A stretch of DNA of 64,000 nucleotides, taken from NCBI GenBank assembly GCA_963845145.1, contig CAWJQU010000013.1, positions 155,980 to 219,979 of the forward strand. The letters run 5' to 3'. How positions within the stretch are numbered: the first letter of the stretch is position 1; every line of letters begins with the position of its first letter. A program made the translations under genes and the position numbers. Source of the DNA: an uncultured delta proteobacterium (GTDB taxonomy: Bacteria > Desulfobacterota > Desulfobacteria > Desulfobacterales > QNYZ01). Under the pieces are notes generated by a model, which ran no database searches, had not been told where the DNA came from, and saw only the letters and a program-made list of their open reading frames with translations. This document shows, one piece after another, positions 30,826 through 40,543 of this stretch.

Positions 30826-31452
30826 ATGATGGAAAAACCGAAAAATGTCCACGATTTTATTACCCGTCAGCGTGCTTCCCTGGCTGAAAACCCGGAATGC
30901 GGAACATCCCATTACAACCTGGCTGTGGGGTTGTTGGGATTGAAAAAATATGAAGAGGCCGAAGAGGAGCTTCATGCCGCCGTCGACTGCAGCCCCGGGC
31001 TGGCCGAGGCCTTTGTGCAACTGGGCGGCCTTTGCCTTAAAAGAGGGGACATGGACGGGTGCCTTGAATTCAACCAAAAGGCTGTGAAAGCCAAACCCGG
31101 TTTCTCGGAAGGGTGGGGCAATATCGGGTTTGTTCATCTTCAGCGGGGCGAGGTGGATGAAGCCATCAAGGCCCTTGAAAAAGCGACCCGCTTTAATTTC
31201 CGGTTTATTCAAGCCTATGCGACAATGGGCAGCGCCTATTTAATGAAGGGTGATGTGGATAAAAGTATTGAATACGGGCTAAAGGCACTCAAACTGGCCC
31301 CTGACTTTGCCGTAGCGCATAACAACCTGGCGATCGCGTATCTCGAAAAAAAAGAGGCGGACAAAGCCATCGAGCATTACGATCGTGCCGTGGATTTGGG
31401 ATACGAGGTTGCGCCGGAAATTACTGATGAAATCAATCGACAGCGTCAATGA
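30826..31452 (+). CDS. Tetratricopeptide repeat protein
   Basis: Multiple TPR-like repeats (HYNLA, AHNNLA). Confidence 0.88.
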   Translation: MMEKPKNVHDFITRQRASLAENPECGTSHYNLAVGLLGLKKYEEAEEELHAAVDCSPGLAEAFVQLGGLCLKRGDMDGCLEFNQKAVKAKPGFSEGWGNIGFVHLQRGEVDEAIKALEKATRFNFRFIQAYATMGSAYLMKGDVDKSIEYGLKALKLAPDFAVAHNNLAIAYLEKKEADKAIEHYDRAVDLGYEVAPEITDEINRQRQ

Positions 31453-31527
31453 TTCGGGGCGCGTCAATTCATGTCGCCTGTAAACAGCTTTTGGCGATCC
31501 GCAATTCACCCTTGCTAAAATTCACTC

Positions 31528-32721
31528 TTGCCAAAATTTACCCGTGCCAAAAATTACCCGGGATGGATGAACATTAACTATTTTTTGTACCATCTTGAAC
31601 ACCCCGTTGATGCCAACATGCCGGAATGGCGGGCAGCCATTCCGGTTCGTCGACCTGGCGCCATACCCACCGGCCTTCTCTCAATATCTTACGGTAGCTA
31701 TTTTACGGCTGTGCGCGATTTTCTCACTGTTGATGACGGCCTCAGTTACGGTTTGTCCCAGCAACAGGGCCACACTATCGCTCTAGAGACGGTTGATCGT
31801 ATCGATATCATTATTCAAAAGCACGGCGCCTTTTACCACCCCGCCCGGGTGAATGTGTGGATGGGCAACGAACAGGCCTCATTTGTGGTAAACGTCGCCA
31901 TTTCCGCCGAAGGACGTGCCGGGTTGCGCTCGGAATTCGATCTGCTGTATCGGTTAAACAGCGTCTTCCCGCAACGGTATATTCCAGCCGTTTATTCTCA
32001 GGCGGTCATAGAATGTGAAGAAAAACCACATCGATTACCCATGTTTTTAGGGGAGTGGTTGAGCGGTTTTCACGAGTTTCACGTCCATCTGAACGATACA
32101 CCGCACCCAACCCTGAGCATTTGGAATCCAAACCGCAGGGTGATTCTGGACACCACCCAAAAAAAAATCCTGTTTCGTCAGGTGGCCAAAATTTTAACCT
32201 ACTATTATGACCTGCAAACCTTTGAACAGGTTTTTCCATGGCACCATGGGGCGGGTGATTTTGTGGTTCAAGTTCATGACAGCCGGCCCATTGTCCGTTT
32301 GATCACTGTGCGGGGGTATTCATCCCTGGTGGATGCAAAGGGCTGCGATCCAGCGACTATTATAGATGCACTGCTCCGATTTTTTGTCCATCTTAGCTTG
32401 CGCACGCGGATCGATCGGGTTGATGGTACCGGTGACCTTATTTGGGTGGATGATTCGGCCGTAGAAGGCACCCTGCTCGGTTTTTTAGAAGGCCTGGCGG
32501 TCAAGGGTCGGATCTCAGAGATGCCGGATTCAGTTAAAGACATCATGGGCTATTATTTATTACAGCTTTCGACAACGGATCTTATCATCAGGATTGAAGA
32601 CACACTCAATGCCTACCCATCCCAATCGCCGGAGCGTCATCTGATGGCATTGCACCAATACGATCATGCCAAGGCGCTTTTTAAAAGCATTGCCGAACTT
32701 TCGCCCTCCGGTTGCCATTAG
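31528..32721 (+). CDS. Hypothetical protein directly upstream of dsrA (possible kinase-like fold); start uncertain
   Basis: 397-aa ORF; KHGAFYHPA, EFDLL...P.VY, FLGEWLSG, WHHGAGDFVV. Confidence 0.7.
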   Translation: MPKFTRAKNYPGWMNINYFLYHLEHPVDANMPEWRAAIPVRRPGAIPTGLLSISYGSYFTAVRDFLTVDDGLSYGLSQQQGHTIALETVDRIDIIIQKHGAFYHPARVNVWMGNEQASFVVNVAISAEGRAGLRSEFDLLYRLNSVFPQRYIPAVYSQAVIECEEKPHRLPMFLGEWLSGFHEFHVHLNDTPHPTLSIWNPNRRVILDTTQKKILFRQVAKILTYYYDLQTFEQVFPWHHGAGDFVVQVHDSRPIVRLITVRGYSSLVDAKGCDPATIIDALLRFFVHLSLRTRIDRVDGTGDLIWVDDSAVEGTLLGFLEGLAVKGRISEMPDSVKDIMGYYLLQLSTTDLIIRIEDTLNAYPSQSPERHLMALHQYDHAKALFKSIAELSPSGCH

Positions 32722-32769
32722 CCGGCCTTCTCCACCCGTCGATAATTTTAATGGAAATTCCTTTTTTCA

Positions 32770-32798
32770 TTGACAGATTATCGTAATACTTTTAAAGT
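32770..32798 (+). promoter_or_regulatory. Putative sigma70 promoter of dsrAB
   Basis: TTGACA-17 nt-TAAAGT about 245 nt upstream of the dsrA ATG. Confidence 0.55.
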
Positions 32799-33041
32799 AA
32801 TCAACTTATTCCAACAATAAATAATTGGCCCTTTTTAAGCGATTCGGGTCGGCTAAAAGTGGAAAGTCGGTGGTCGCAAGAGACAATCTTGAGACCAATA
32901 GCTTTGATTGGGTAACATACTGATTTAAAAATAAAAGATATAAGAATTTGTACGAGAGGAGGTGAGGATTCGCACCGCTTTGCCGGTACCCAAAACGATT
33001 TGACAAGACGAATTAAACATTAACGTAATGGAGGTAACAAC

Positions 33042-34355
33042 ATGAAGCATGAGACCCCTCTATTGGACCAGCTTGAAGCTGGGCCGTGGCCGAGTTTTGT
33101 GTCCGATCTGAAACAGCAGGCCGAAAAAAGGGCGAAAAACGAAGAAGGAATAGAATTTCAAATCAACCAGGACGTGGTCGAAGATGTCCTCGGAATACTT
33201 GAACTTTCCTTTAAAGACGGCGAAACCCACTGGAAACATGGGGGTATCGTTGGGGTTTTCGGGTACGGTGGTGGTGTAATCGGGCGGTACTGTGATCAGC
33301 CGGAGCAATTTCCCGGTGTGGCCCATTTTCACACCATGCGGATTGCCCAGCCAGGCGGAAAATTTTACAAGACCGATTTCTTAAGAGATCTTTGCAAGCT
33401 GTGGGATTTTCGTGGCAGCGGTATCACCAATATGCATGGCTCCACCGGCGATATCATCTTCCTGGGAACCACCACGCCCCAGCTGGAAGAGATCTATTAT
33501 GAATTGAGCCATAACATGAATCAGGATTTGGGCGGTTCCGGCTCCAACTTGCGGACCCCTTCAGACTGTATCGGCGCGGCCCGTTGCGAATGGGCGTGTT
33601 ACGATACCCAGGATCTGTGTTATAATTTGACCCAAGAGTATCAGGATGAGCTGCATCGACCGGCCTTTCCCTATAAGTTTAAACTCAAATTTGACGGGTG
33701 CCCCAACTGCTGCGTGGCGTCCATTGCCCGTTCCGACCTTGCTTTTATCGGTACCTGGCGAGATGATATCAAAATTGACCAAGAAGCCGTTCAGGCCTAT
33801 ATAGGCGGGGAGATTCCCCCTAACGGCGGTGCCCACTCCGGCCGTGACTGGGGCGCATTCAACATCAATAAAGAAGTCATCAACCTGTGCCCCACCAAAT
33901 GCATGTGGATGGAAGACAAAAAGCTCATGATCGATAACCGTGAGTGCACGCGCTGCATGCACTGCATCAATGTCATGCCCAGGGCTTTACGCATCGGTGA
34001 TGACCGCGGATTGTCCATTCTGGCCGGCGCCAAAGCGCCGATCTTAGATGGTGCCCAGATGGGATCGTTGATTATACCCTTTATCAAAGCGGAAGCCCCC
34101 TACACCGAGATCAAAGAGAATGTGATCGAACCGATCTGGGACTGGTGGATGGAAGAAGGGAAGAACCGCGAGAGACTGGGTGAGTTGATGAAACGCCAAG
34201 GCTTTCAGAAACTGATTGAAGCCCTCGGCCTTAAACCTGATGCTCGAATGGTTCAAGAGCCGCGCTCCAATCCGTACATCTTCTGGAAAGAAGATGAAGT
34301 CGATGGCGGATGGGAACGTGATGTCAACGCATTCAGGAATAAACATCAGAGATAA
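33042..34355 (+). CDS. dsrA: Dissimilatory sulfite reductase alpha subunit
   Basis: THWKHGGIVGVFGYGGGVIGRY, CxxxxxC and GCPNCC siroheme-Fe-S motifs. Confidence 0.99.
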   Translation: MKHETPLLDQLEAGPWPSFVSDLKQQAEKRAKNEEGIEFQINQDVVEDVLGILELSFKDGETHWKHGGIVGVFGYGGGVIGRYCDQPEQFPGVAHFHTMRIAQPGGKFYKTDFLRDLCKLWDFRGSGITNMHGSTGDIIFLGTTTPQLEEIYYELSHNMNQDLGGSGSNLRTPSDCIGAARCEWACYDTQDLCYNLTQEYQDELHRPAFPYKFKLKFDGCPNCCVASIARSDLAFIGTWRDDIKIDQEAVQAYIGGEIPPNGGAHSGRDWGAFNINKEVINLCPTKCMWMEDKKLMIDNRECTRCMHCINVMPRALRIGDDRGLSILAGAKAPILDGAQMGSLIIPFIKAEAPYTEIKENVIEPIWDWWMEEGKNRERLGELMKRQGFQKLIEALGLKPDARMVQEPRSNPYIFWKEDEVDGGWERDVNAFRNKHQR

Positions 34356-34367
34356 GGGGGTATAACA

Positions 34368-35516
34368 ATGGCATTTGTTTCTTCAGGTTATAATACTGAC
34401 AAGCCGATGGAAAACCGGATCAGCGACATCGGTCCGCGTAAATACGATGAGTTTTATCCCCCGGTCATCGCTGCAAATAAGGGGAAATGGCTCTATCATG
34501 AAATTTTAAAACCCGGTGTTTTGGTCCATGTGGCCGAATCCGGCGACAAGGTGTTCACCGTTCGTTGCGGTGGCGCCCGACTTATGTCAACCGGTCTCAT
34601 TACCGAGATTTGCGACATCGCCGATAAACATTGTGACGGCTATGTCCGCTGGACCACCCGTAATAATATCGAATTCATGGTGGACAGCGAAGATAAAGTC
34701 GAGCCCTTGGTTAAGGATCTGGAAAGCCGAACGTTTCCGGCGGGCAGTTACAAGTTCCCCGTAGGCGGTACCGGCGCCGGTGTCACCAATATCGTTCACA
34801 CCCAGGGATGGCTCCACTGCCACACCCCGGCCACGGACGCATCCGGTCCTGTAAAGACCACCATGGACGCCCTGTTCGATGACTTTAAAGATCATCGTCT
34901 GCCGGCCCAATTGCGTGTGTCTCTGGCATGCTGCTTAAATATGTGCGGTGCTGTACATTGCTCTGATATCGCTATTTTAGGATATCACCGTAAACCGCCC
35001 ATGTTAGACCATGAGTATCTGGACAAGATGTGCGAAATTCCGTTGGCCATTGCTGCCTGCCCCACCGCGGCCATCAAACCGTCTAAGGTGGAAGGCGCCG
35101 AAGGAAAACAGTTAAAGAGTGTGGCCGTCAAGAATGAACGCTGTATGTTCTGCGGTAACTGTTATACCATGTGCCCGGCCATGCCTCTTGCAGACCAGGA
35201 TGGTGATGGCATCGTCATTATGGCCGGCGGTAAGGTCTCCAATCGGATAACCGCGCCGAAGTTCTCCAAGGTTGTGGTGGCGTTTATTCCCAACGAGCCC
35301 CCGCTGTGGCAGAACACGACCAAAACCATCAAAAAGATCGTGGAAGCCTATTCCACCGGCGCCAATAAGTACGAACGCGTCGGAGAATGGGCCGAGCGGA
35401 TCGGATGGGAGCGATTCTTTGAGAAATGCGAATTGGAATTTACTCATCACCTGATTGATGATTTCCGTGATCCGGCGTATTATACTTGGCGTCAATCCAC
35501 ATTGTTTAAATTCTAA
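34368..35516 (+). CDS. dsrB: Dissimilatory sulfite reductase beta subunit
   Basis: [31 protein letters not shown]. Confidence 0.99.
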   Translation: MAFVSSGYNTDKPMENRISDIGPRKYDEFYPPVIAANKGKWLYHEILKPGVLVHVAESGDKVFTVRCGGARLMSTGLITEICDIADKHCDGYVRWTTRNNIEFMVDSEDKVEPLVKDLESRTFPAGSYKFPVGGTGAGVTNIVHTQGWLHCHTPATDASGPVKTTMDALFDDFKDHRLPAQLRVSLACCLNMCGAVHCSDIAILGYHRKPPMLDHEYLDKMCEIPLAIAACPTAAIKPSKVEGAEGKQLKSVAVKNERCMFCGNCYTMCPAMPLADQDGDGIVIMAGGKVSNRITAPKFSKVVVAFIPNEPPLWQNTTKTIKKIVEAYSTGANKYERVGEWAERIGWERFFEKCELEFTHHLIDDFRDPAYYTWRQSTLFKF

Positions 35517-35529
35517 ATATTCTGATCTT

Positions 35530-35564
35530 CGCAAAGGGGAGCGGGATTGCCGCACCCCTTTGCG
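35530..35564 (+). terminator. Strong stem-loop between dsrB and dsrD
   Basis: CGCAAAGGGG-AGCGG...CCGCA-CCCCTTTGCG; no U-tract. Confidence 0.55.
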
Positions 35565-35587
35565 TGATCAATACAAAGGACGTAGAG

Positions 35588-35833
35588 ATGGCATTAGATT
35601 ACGAGGAATCAAAAACCAAATTGATTGAGGGATTACAGAAAAAACTCAAATCAAAGTCCAAATTCTACTTTAATGATCTTTCAAAAATCTTAGAGGTCAA
35701 GCCCCGTGAAGCTAAAAAAGTTGTAAACCGGATGGTTGTTGAAGGCGAACTGGAGTATTGGTCCAGTGGCAGTACCTCTATGTACGGTATTCCCGGTACG
35801 GGTAAACAGGCCGCGGCCGAACACGAAGATTAA
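35588..35833 (+). CDS. dsrD: DsrD, dissimilatory sulfite reductase activator
   Basis: KSKFYFND...YWSSGSTSMYG, immediately after dsrB. Confidence 0.96.
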   Translation: MALDYEESKTKLIEGLQKKLKSKSKFYFNDLSKILEVKPREAKKVVNRMVVEGELEYWSSGSTSMYGIPGTGKQAAAEHED

Positions 35834-35890
35834 TCAGCGTGCGTCGTCCCTGGTTTTTAGTGTAAATTAAAGTCTTATTCCCGGTTCCCA

Positions 35891-37363
35891 ATGCAACCTT
35901 TAAAAACGGCAGTGCCGCGATTAATCATTTCCGCATTGCGGGGGGGATCGGGAAAGACGGTTCTCTCCATCGGGCTGATTGCCGCCTTGAAAAATCGCGG
36001 CAATACCATTGCGCCTTTCAAAAAAGGGCCGGATTATATTGATGCCGGCTGGCTTTCCCTGGCCGCCGACCGACTCTGCTATAACCTCGATACCTTCCTC
36101 TGTTCTTCAGACGTTGTCATTCGTTCATTTTGTACCCATATCCGTCCGTCCGACCTGGCAATTATCGAAGGCAATCGCGGGCTGTTCGATGGAATCGACT
36201 TGACCGGGTCGACCAGTACCGCCGAGCTGGCCAAGCTCATGGGCGTGCCGGTGATCTTATGTCTTGATTGTACCAAATCCACCCGGACCGTCGCCGCCAC
36301 GCTCCTGGGGTGCCTGCATTTCGATGCCGATGTGGCCATCGAAGGGGTTGTTTTGAATCGCGTAGCGGGTCCCCGTCATGAACGGATCGTACGTAACAGC
36401 ATTGAACACCATTGCGGTGTCAAGGTTGTGGGCGCCATCGGTAAGTTGAGAAAAAAAGATTTCCCTGAGCGTCACATGGGGCTGGTGCCCACGCACGAGC
36501 ATCAATGGGCGCAAAATGCGGTGGCTGCGGCTGCCAAGGTGGTTGAGGATAGTGTGGACCTCGATGTCATTGCCACTATTGCTCGGGAGAAGATCCAACC
36601 TTCAAAACAGATAGACCGAATAAAACCGATCAAACGCACATCCCCGCCTGATCATTTAGAACCCGTCACCGGGCATGCCCCCGTTGCCTCTAAATCGACG
36701 GCAGCAACAGTGCAAATCGGTATCGTCAGGGATTCGGCCTTTCAGTTTTACTACCCGGAAAATCTGGAAGCTTTAACTGAGGCCGGTGCAAACCTGGTCT
36801 ATGTCAGTCCTTTGTCCGCCGACCCTCTGCCCAAGCTCGATGGCCTCTATATCGGGGGCGGTTTTCCCGAAACCCATGTTGAACTGTTGTCGAAGAATGT
36901 CGATTTTCGTGATACCATCAAGGCCTTGGCGGAAAAAGGGTTTCCTATTTATGCCGAGTGCGGTGGTCTGATGTATCTGGGAGACGCCATTGTTCTGGAG
37001 GGCATTTCATATCCCATGGCTGGTGTCTTGCCGCTCGTCTGTGGATTTTCAAAAAGACCTCAGGGACACGGGTATACCATGTTGAAGGTGGAGCGCGAGA
37101 ATCCCTATTTCACCGTGGGTACGGTTATCAAGGGGCATGAATTTCACTATTCCAAGGTATCCGAATGGTACGGTATGGCGGAAGACCTGGTATTTTCCAT
37201 GGAAAGAGGGACGGGGTTTTTTCAAGGTCGAGATGGGGTCGGGCTTAAAAATGTGTTGGCGCTTTACACGCACATTCATGCCCTGGGCACCCCGGAATGG
37301 GCGCCTGCCATGGTGCGACATGCCGTTCAATGGCAAACAAAAACGGGGCGAGTTTCCGACTGA
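35891..37363 (+). CDS. dsrN: Cobyrinate a,c-diamide synthase homolog (siroheme amidase DsrN)
   Basis: GGSGKT, FKKGPDYID, EGNRGLFDG, ERHMGL, AECGG, GHEFHY; dsr context. Confidence 0.9.
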   Translation: MQPLKTAVPRLIISALRGGSGKTVLSIGLIAALKNRGNTIAPFKKGPDYIDAGWLSLAADRLCYNLDTFLCSSDVVIRSFCTHIRPSDLAIIEGNRGLFDGIDLTGSTSTAELAKLMGVPVILCLDCTKSTRTVAATLLGCLHFDADVAIEGVVLNRVAGPRHERIVRNSIEHHCGVKVVGAIGKLRKKDFPERHMGLVPTHEHQWAQNAVAAAAKVVEDSVDLDVIATIAREKIQPSKQIDRIKPIKRTSPPDHLEPVTGHAPVASKSTAATVQIGIVRDSAFQFYYPENLEALTEAGANLVYVSPLSADPLPKLDGLYIGGGFPETHVELLSKNVDFRDTIKALAEKGFPIYAECGGLMYLGDAIVLEGISYPMAGVLPLVCGFSKRPQGHGYTMLKVERENPYFTVGTVIKGHEFHYSKVSEWYGMAEDLVFSMERGTGFFQGRDGVGLKNVLALYTHIHALGTPEWAPAMVRHAVQWQTKTGRVSD

Positions 37364-37404
37364 ATACCCGCCCCGCAAATCGTTTCTAAGTAACGGTGCT
37401 ATGC

Positions 37405-37866
37405 TTACTTTTTGGTTTTGGGATGACACTTCTTACAGGTTGTCGGTGCCTTTTTGGTTTTGTTCTTTTTGTTGAAGGCTTTGTGACAATCCTTGCAATT
37501 GTAGTGCAGCGCTTCGGCGTGGTATTCCAGCCGCTCTTTTTTCTTTAATTTGGGTGCGTCTTTGCCTTTGGGGCGCTCACTCGGTATTTTATGGCATTCG
37601 ATGCAGCTCTGGACCGCATCCCCTTCTTTTAGCTCGTCCAGGGGTTTGCCTTTGTCATCATGGTGGCACTCCCCGCATCCGGCCTTATACTCTTTAACGT
37701 GCTTGGCATGGCCGAACATGACAATACCATTGGTATGTTTTTCATAGGCTGGATTTTCCATCTTGATGACATCCGTGGCCTCCCCGGCATTGATACCAAA
37801 GGCCATGAAGCCCACCATTGCCAGGATTACACCGGTAAAAATTCCCATCTTCCATCTGTTTGCCAC
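37405..37866 (-). CDS. Tetraheme cytochrome c3
   Basis: Signal peptide, four CxxCH motifs (CGECH, CIECH, CKDCH, CKKCH); GTG start after GGAGG. Confidence 0.92.
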   Translation of the reverse strand: MANRWKMGIFTGVILAMVGFMAFGINAGEATDVIKMENPAYEKHTNGIVMFGHAKHVKEYKAGCGECHHDDKGKPLDELKEGDAVQSCIECHKIPSERPKGKDAPKLKKKERLEYHAEALHYNCKDCHKAFNKKNKTKKAPTTCKKCHPKTKK

Positions 37867-37985
37867 TGCCTGCCTCCTTTCATTCAAGTTTTTTTAATTA
37901 ATATTCAAAGGTTTATACACACCGTTGGGAAGATATTGCGCGTGTTCTCCCGTCGGGTGATATGATTTTAAATACGCTAACTTGA

Positions 37986-38735
37986 TCATCCTTCGGTCTC
38001 TTCATCTATGCTCGGCTTTTTACCAAAGATACGCGCCCCGATAATACTCAGTTCATAGAGAAACATCAATGGTACCGCCAGCATGACCTGGGTAACCACA
38101 TCCGGTGGCGTTAGCATGGCGGCCCCGGCAAAAAATATTAATATAGCATACTTGCGTTGTTTTTTTAAAAAATCAACGCTGACGATACCCAACCGGGCCA
38201 TGAATGTCAGGACCAGCGGCAGTTCAAAGGCCAGGCCAAAGGCGACCAGCAATTTGGCTGAAAAGCTCAAGTATTCGCGCATGGACGGCAGGGCCTGAAT
38301 GGTTTCGTTGGAAAAACCTAAGAAAAACTCAAATCCATAGGGAAAAACGATAAAGTAACCAAATAGGGCGCCTCCTAAGAAAAAAAACGAGGAGAGCAAT
38401 ACGATTGGCCACATGAGCCGTTTCTCTTTTTCATATAGCCCTGGTGCTACGAACATCCAGAATTGATATAAAACCACTGGAATGGCGATCATGAGTCCCG
38501 ATAGCAAGGACACTTTCAGATAGGTAAAAAACGCTTCAGGCAATCCGGTGTAGATCATCTTTTGACCCACCGGCAAAACGGCCTTAAGGGGACGCATTAG
38601 AATATCAAAGATTCGTTCCTTAAAAAAATAGGAAACGCAGAAGCCAACGCCAATGGCAATGAAAGAGACAATCAACCGGCTTCTCAGCTCTTCTAGGTGT
38701 GCCGTGAACGGCAGTTTTTCGTCATCATCGGTCAC
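37986..38735 (-). CDS. tatC: Twin-arginine translocase subunit TatC
   Basis: HLEELRSRL, FVAPGLY..EK, FELP, TPPDV. Confidence 0.96.
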   Translation of the reverse strand: MTDDDEKLPFTAHLEELRSRLIVSFIAIGVGFCVSYFFKERIFDILMRPLKAVLPVGQKMIYTGLPEAFFTYLKVSLLSGLMIAIPVVLYQFWMFVAPGLYEKEKRLMWPIVLLSSFFFLGGALFGYFIVFPYGFEFFLGFSNETIQALPSMREYLSFSAKLLVAFGLAFELPLVLTFMARLGIVSVDFLKKQRKYAILIFFAGAAMLTPPDVVTQVMLAVPLMFLYELSIIGARIFGKKPSIDEETEG

Positions 38736-39216
38736 CGACGGTATCTCCTGGCTCTTTATTGATATCGTCAAAATTTCGGGGTGCGGATGTGTCGGGCTCG
38801 ATGGGACCTTCTTCTACTACTTCGCTCCCTTTGCCAGCTGAATCAGCCCATAAATCGGTTGTTGCTTGGGGTTCTCCAATGGGTGGTACTACTCCGTCTT
38901 CAATCGCGGGCTCTTTCGCTGACTCGGACGGATCGGTTTCATCCACTGTGTTACTATCTGCTGTTTTACTGTCTGATTTTAGTGGATTGATGTTGACGGT
39001 ATCCTTGATATCCTTGTTCATTTCATCAAAGGCGTGTTTAACCTCACTAAGATCCTCATCCACGCCCAAAGACGATTTCAGCTCACCGGTTGCCTTCTTA
39101 AACTCACCCATAGCCCGACCCAGAGATCGTGCCAGGTCCGGTAGTTTTTTGGGACCGATAACGATCAGGGCAATGGCCATGATTAAGATTAATTCTGGCA
39201 TCCCTATGCCGAACAT
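38725..39216 (-). CDS. tatB: Twin-arginine translocase subunit TatB (TatA/B family)
   Basis: MFGIGMPEL...GPKKLPDLARSLG plus acidic tail. Confidence 0.88.
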   Translation of the reverse strand: MFGIGMPELILIMAIALIVIGPKKLPDLARSLGRAMGEFKKATGELKSSLGVDEDLSEVKHAFDEMNKDIKDTVNINPLKSDSKTADSNTVDETDPSESAKEPAIEDGVVPPIGEPQATTDLWADSAGKGSEVVEEGPIEPDTSAPRNFDDINKEPGDTVGDR

Positions 39217-39315
39217 ATGTCACTCCACGCAGGTGAAAAAGATTGAATAATCACCGCATTTATCGTCTATTTCCCTGTATCTGTCAAGGTACGGCCAAAG
39301 GCTGCAAGATGAACA

Positions 39316-40543
39316 TCATGCCTCCGGTTTTAACACGAAAAAATAAAATTGTCCTGGATGCTGAAGATGGCCGGCGGCTATTTCGGCATAAGGGCCGTTG
39401 CCCCAGAAGAGATCCGCGCGTCCGGTGCCGCGAATGGCGCCACCGGTATCCTGGTTGAGTACGATTCGAGAAAATGGAACCCATTGTTCGATTTTTCCTT
39501 CATGGTCCACAATCGGTTTTTTCGTTGTGACCAGGGCTAGCGCGGCCGGTGGAAACAAACGACGGTCCGTGGCCAGGCTACGGCCCCCGGTGAGGCGAAC
39601 ATTTAAGGCCCCCAGAGGTCCTTCCTTTTCGATGCTGAAGAAAACATAACTGGGATTATGCTTAAAAACAGGCGGTATTCGTTCCGGATGCGAATTCAGA
39701 TATGCTCGAATCGCCTGCATCGACATATTTTCCTTTAAAATTGCCCCTTCTTCGATCAATAAGCGGCCGATACTGCGATAGGGATGACCGTTGGTTGTAT
39801 GGTAGTGGACGTTGATGAAATTATCCGTGTCCAGTTGGATCTTGCCGGACCCCTGAATATGCAGGAAAAATAAGGCCACGGGATCATTCACCCAGGCGAG
39901 AACAGGCGCTTTATCTTTAAGGGCATTTTGTTCGTCGATTTGAAAACGATCATGATACGGTACCAGTGAATTTTTAGTGACCCGCCCTGTCAAACGTTCC
40001 CCCTTAAACTTACTTTTGAAACGACCCAGATCCACGGTAACAAGATCTCTTGGGCGGCCATAAACCGGGTACTGATTATATTGATCCCGAACAAGACTGC
40101 CTTTTAGGAGCGGTTCGTAATATCCGGTGAATAATACGTCACCCGTTTCCTGTTTTCCTAAAGCGCGGTAAAGCCGGTAGCGTTCCTGCAAAAAGGCAGT
40201 TAGCTGGTCGGCGGATGGTTTCTCCTTGATTTTGTAAAGTAACAGATTCAAGGAGCGTATGACGTGGGTGGCGGTATAGGTGTCCGGGCCGTACCGAAAG
40301 ACCGTTTCCGGGGAAACCGTGCCCAGGTATTTCAAGCTTTGGGAAATGGCCGTCTCCAATTCGTCAAATTGCAAATCGTCTTCAAAAGTCGGGAAAATCG
40401 CTACTATGGACGGGTATGAGGGCGGTTTCCGGTGTCGGCGGTGGCACCTGTTTTATCCGGGCGCACCCGCCAAGGCCCCACAGTATGGTCACGATAATGA
40501 TGATTTGGACGCTCATCATTTTATGGGTACAGATTCGCTTCAT
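39316..40543 (-). pseudogene. mltA: Membrane-bound lytic transglycosylase MltA with a +1 frameshift near 40391-40397 (real or sequencing error)
   Basis: TGYYEP, IQGSG, NPSYVFF, QDTGGAI..D.F.G in ORF 39316-40374. The lipoprotein signal (…LWGLGGC) starts at ATG 40543, overlapping the rmuC stop, but lies in a different frame ending GAT TTT CCC GAC TTT TGA. Confidence 0.85.
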
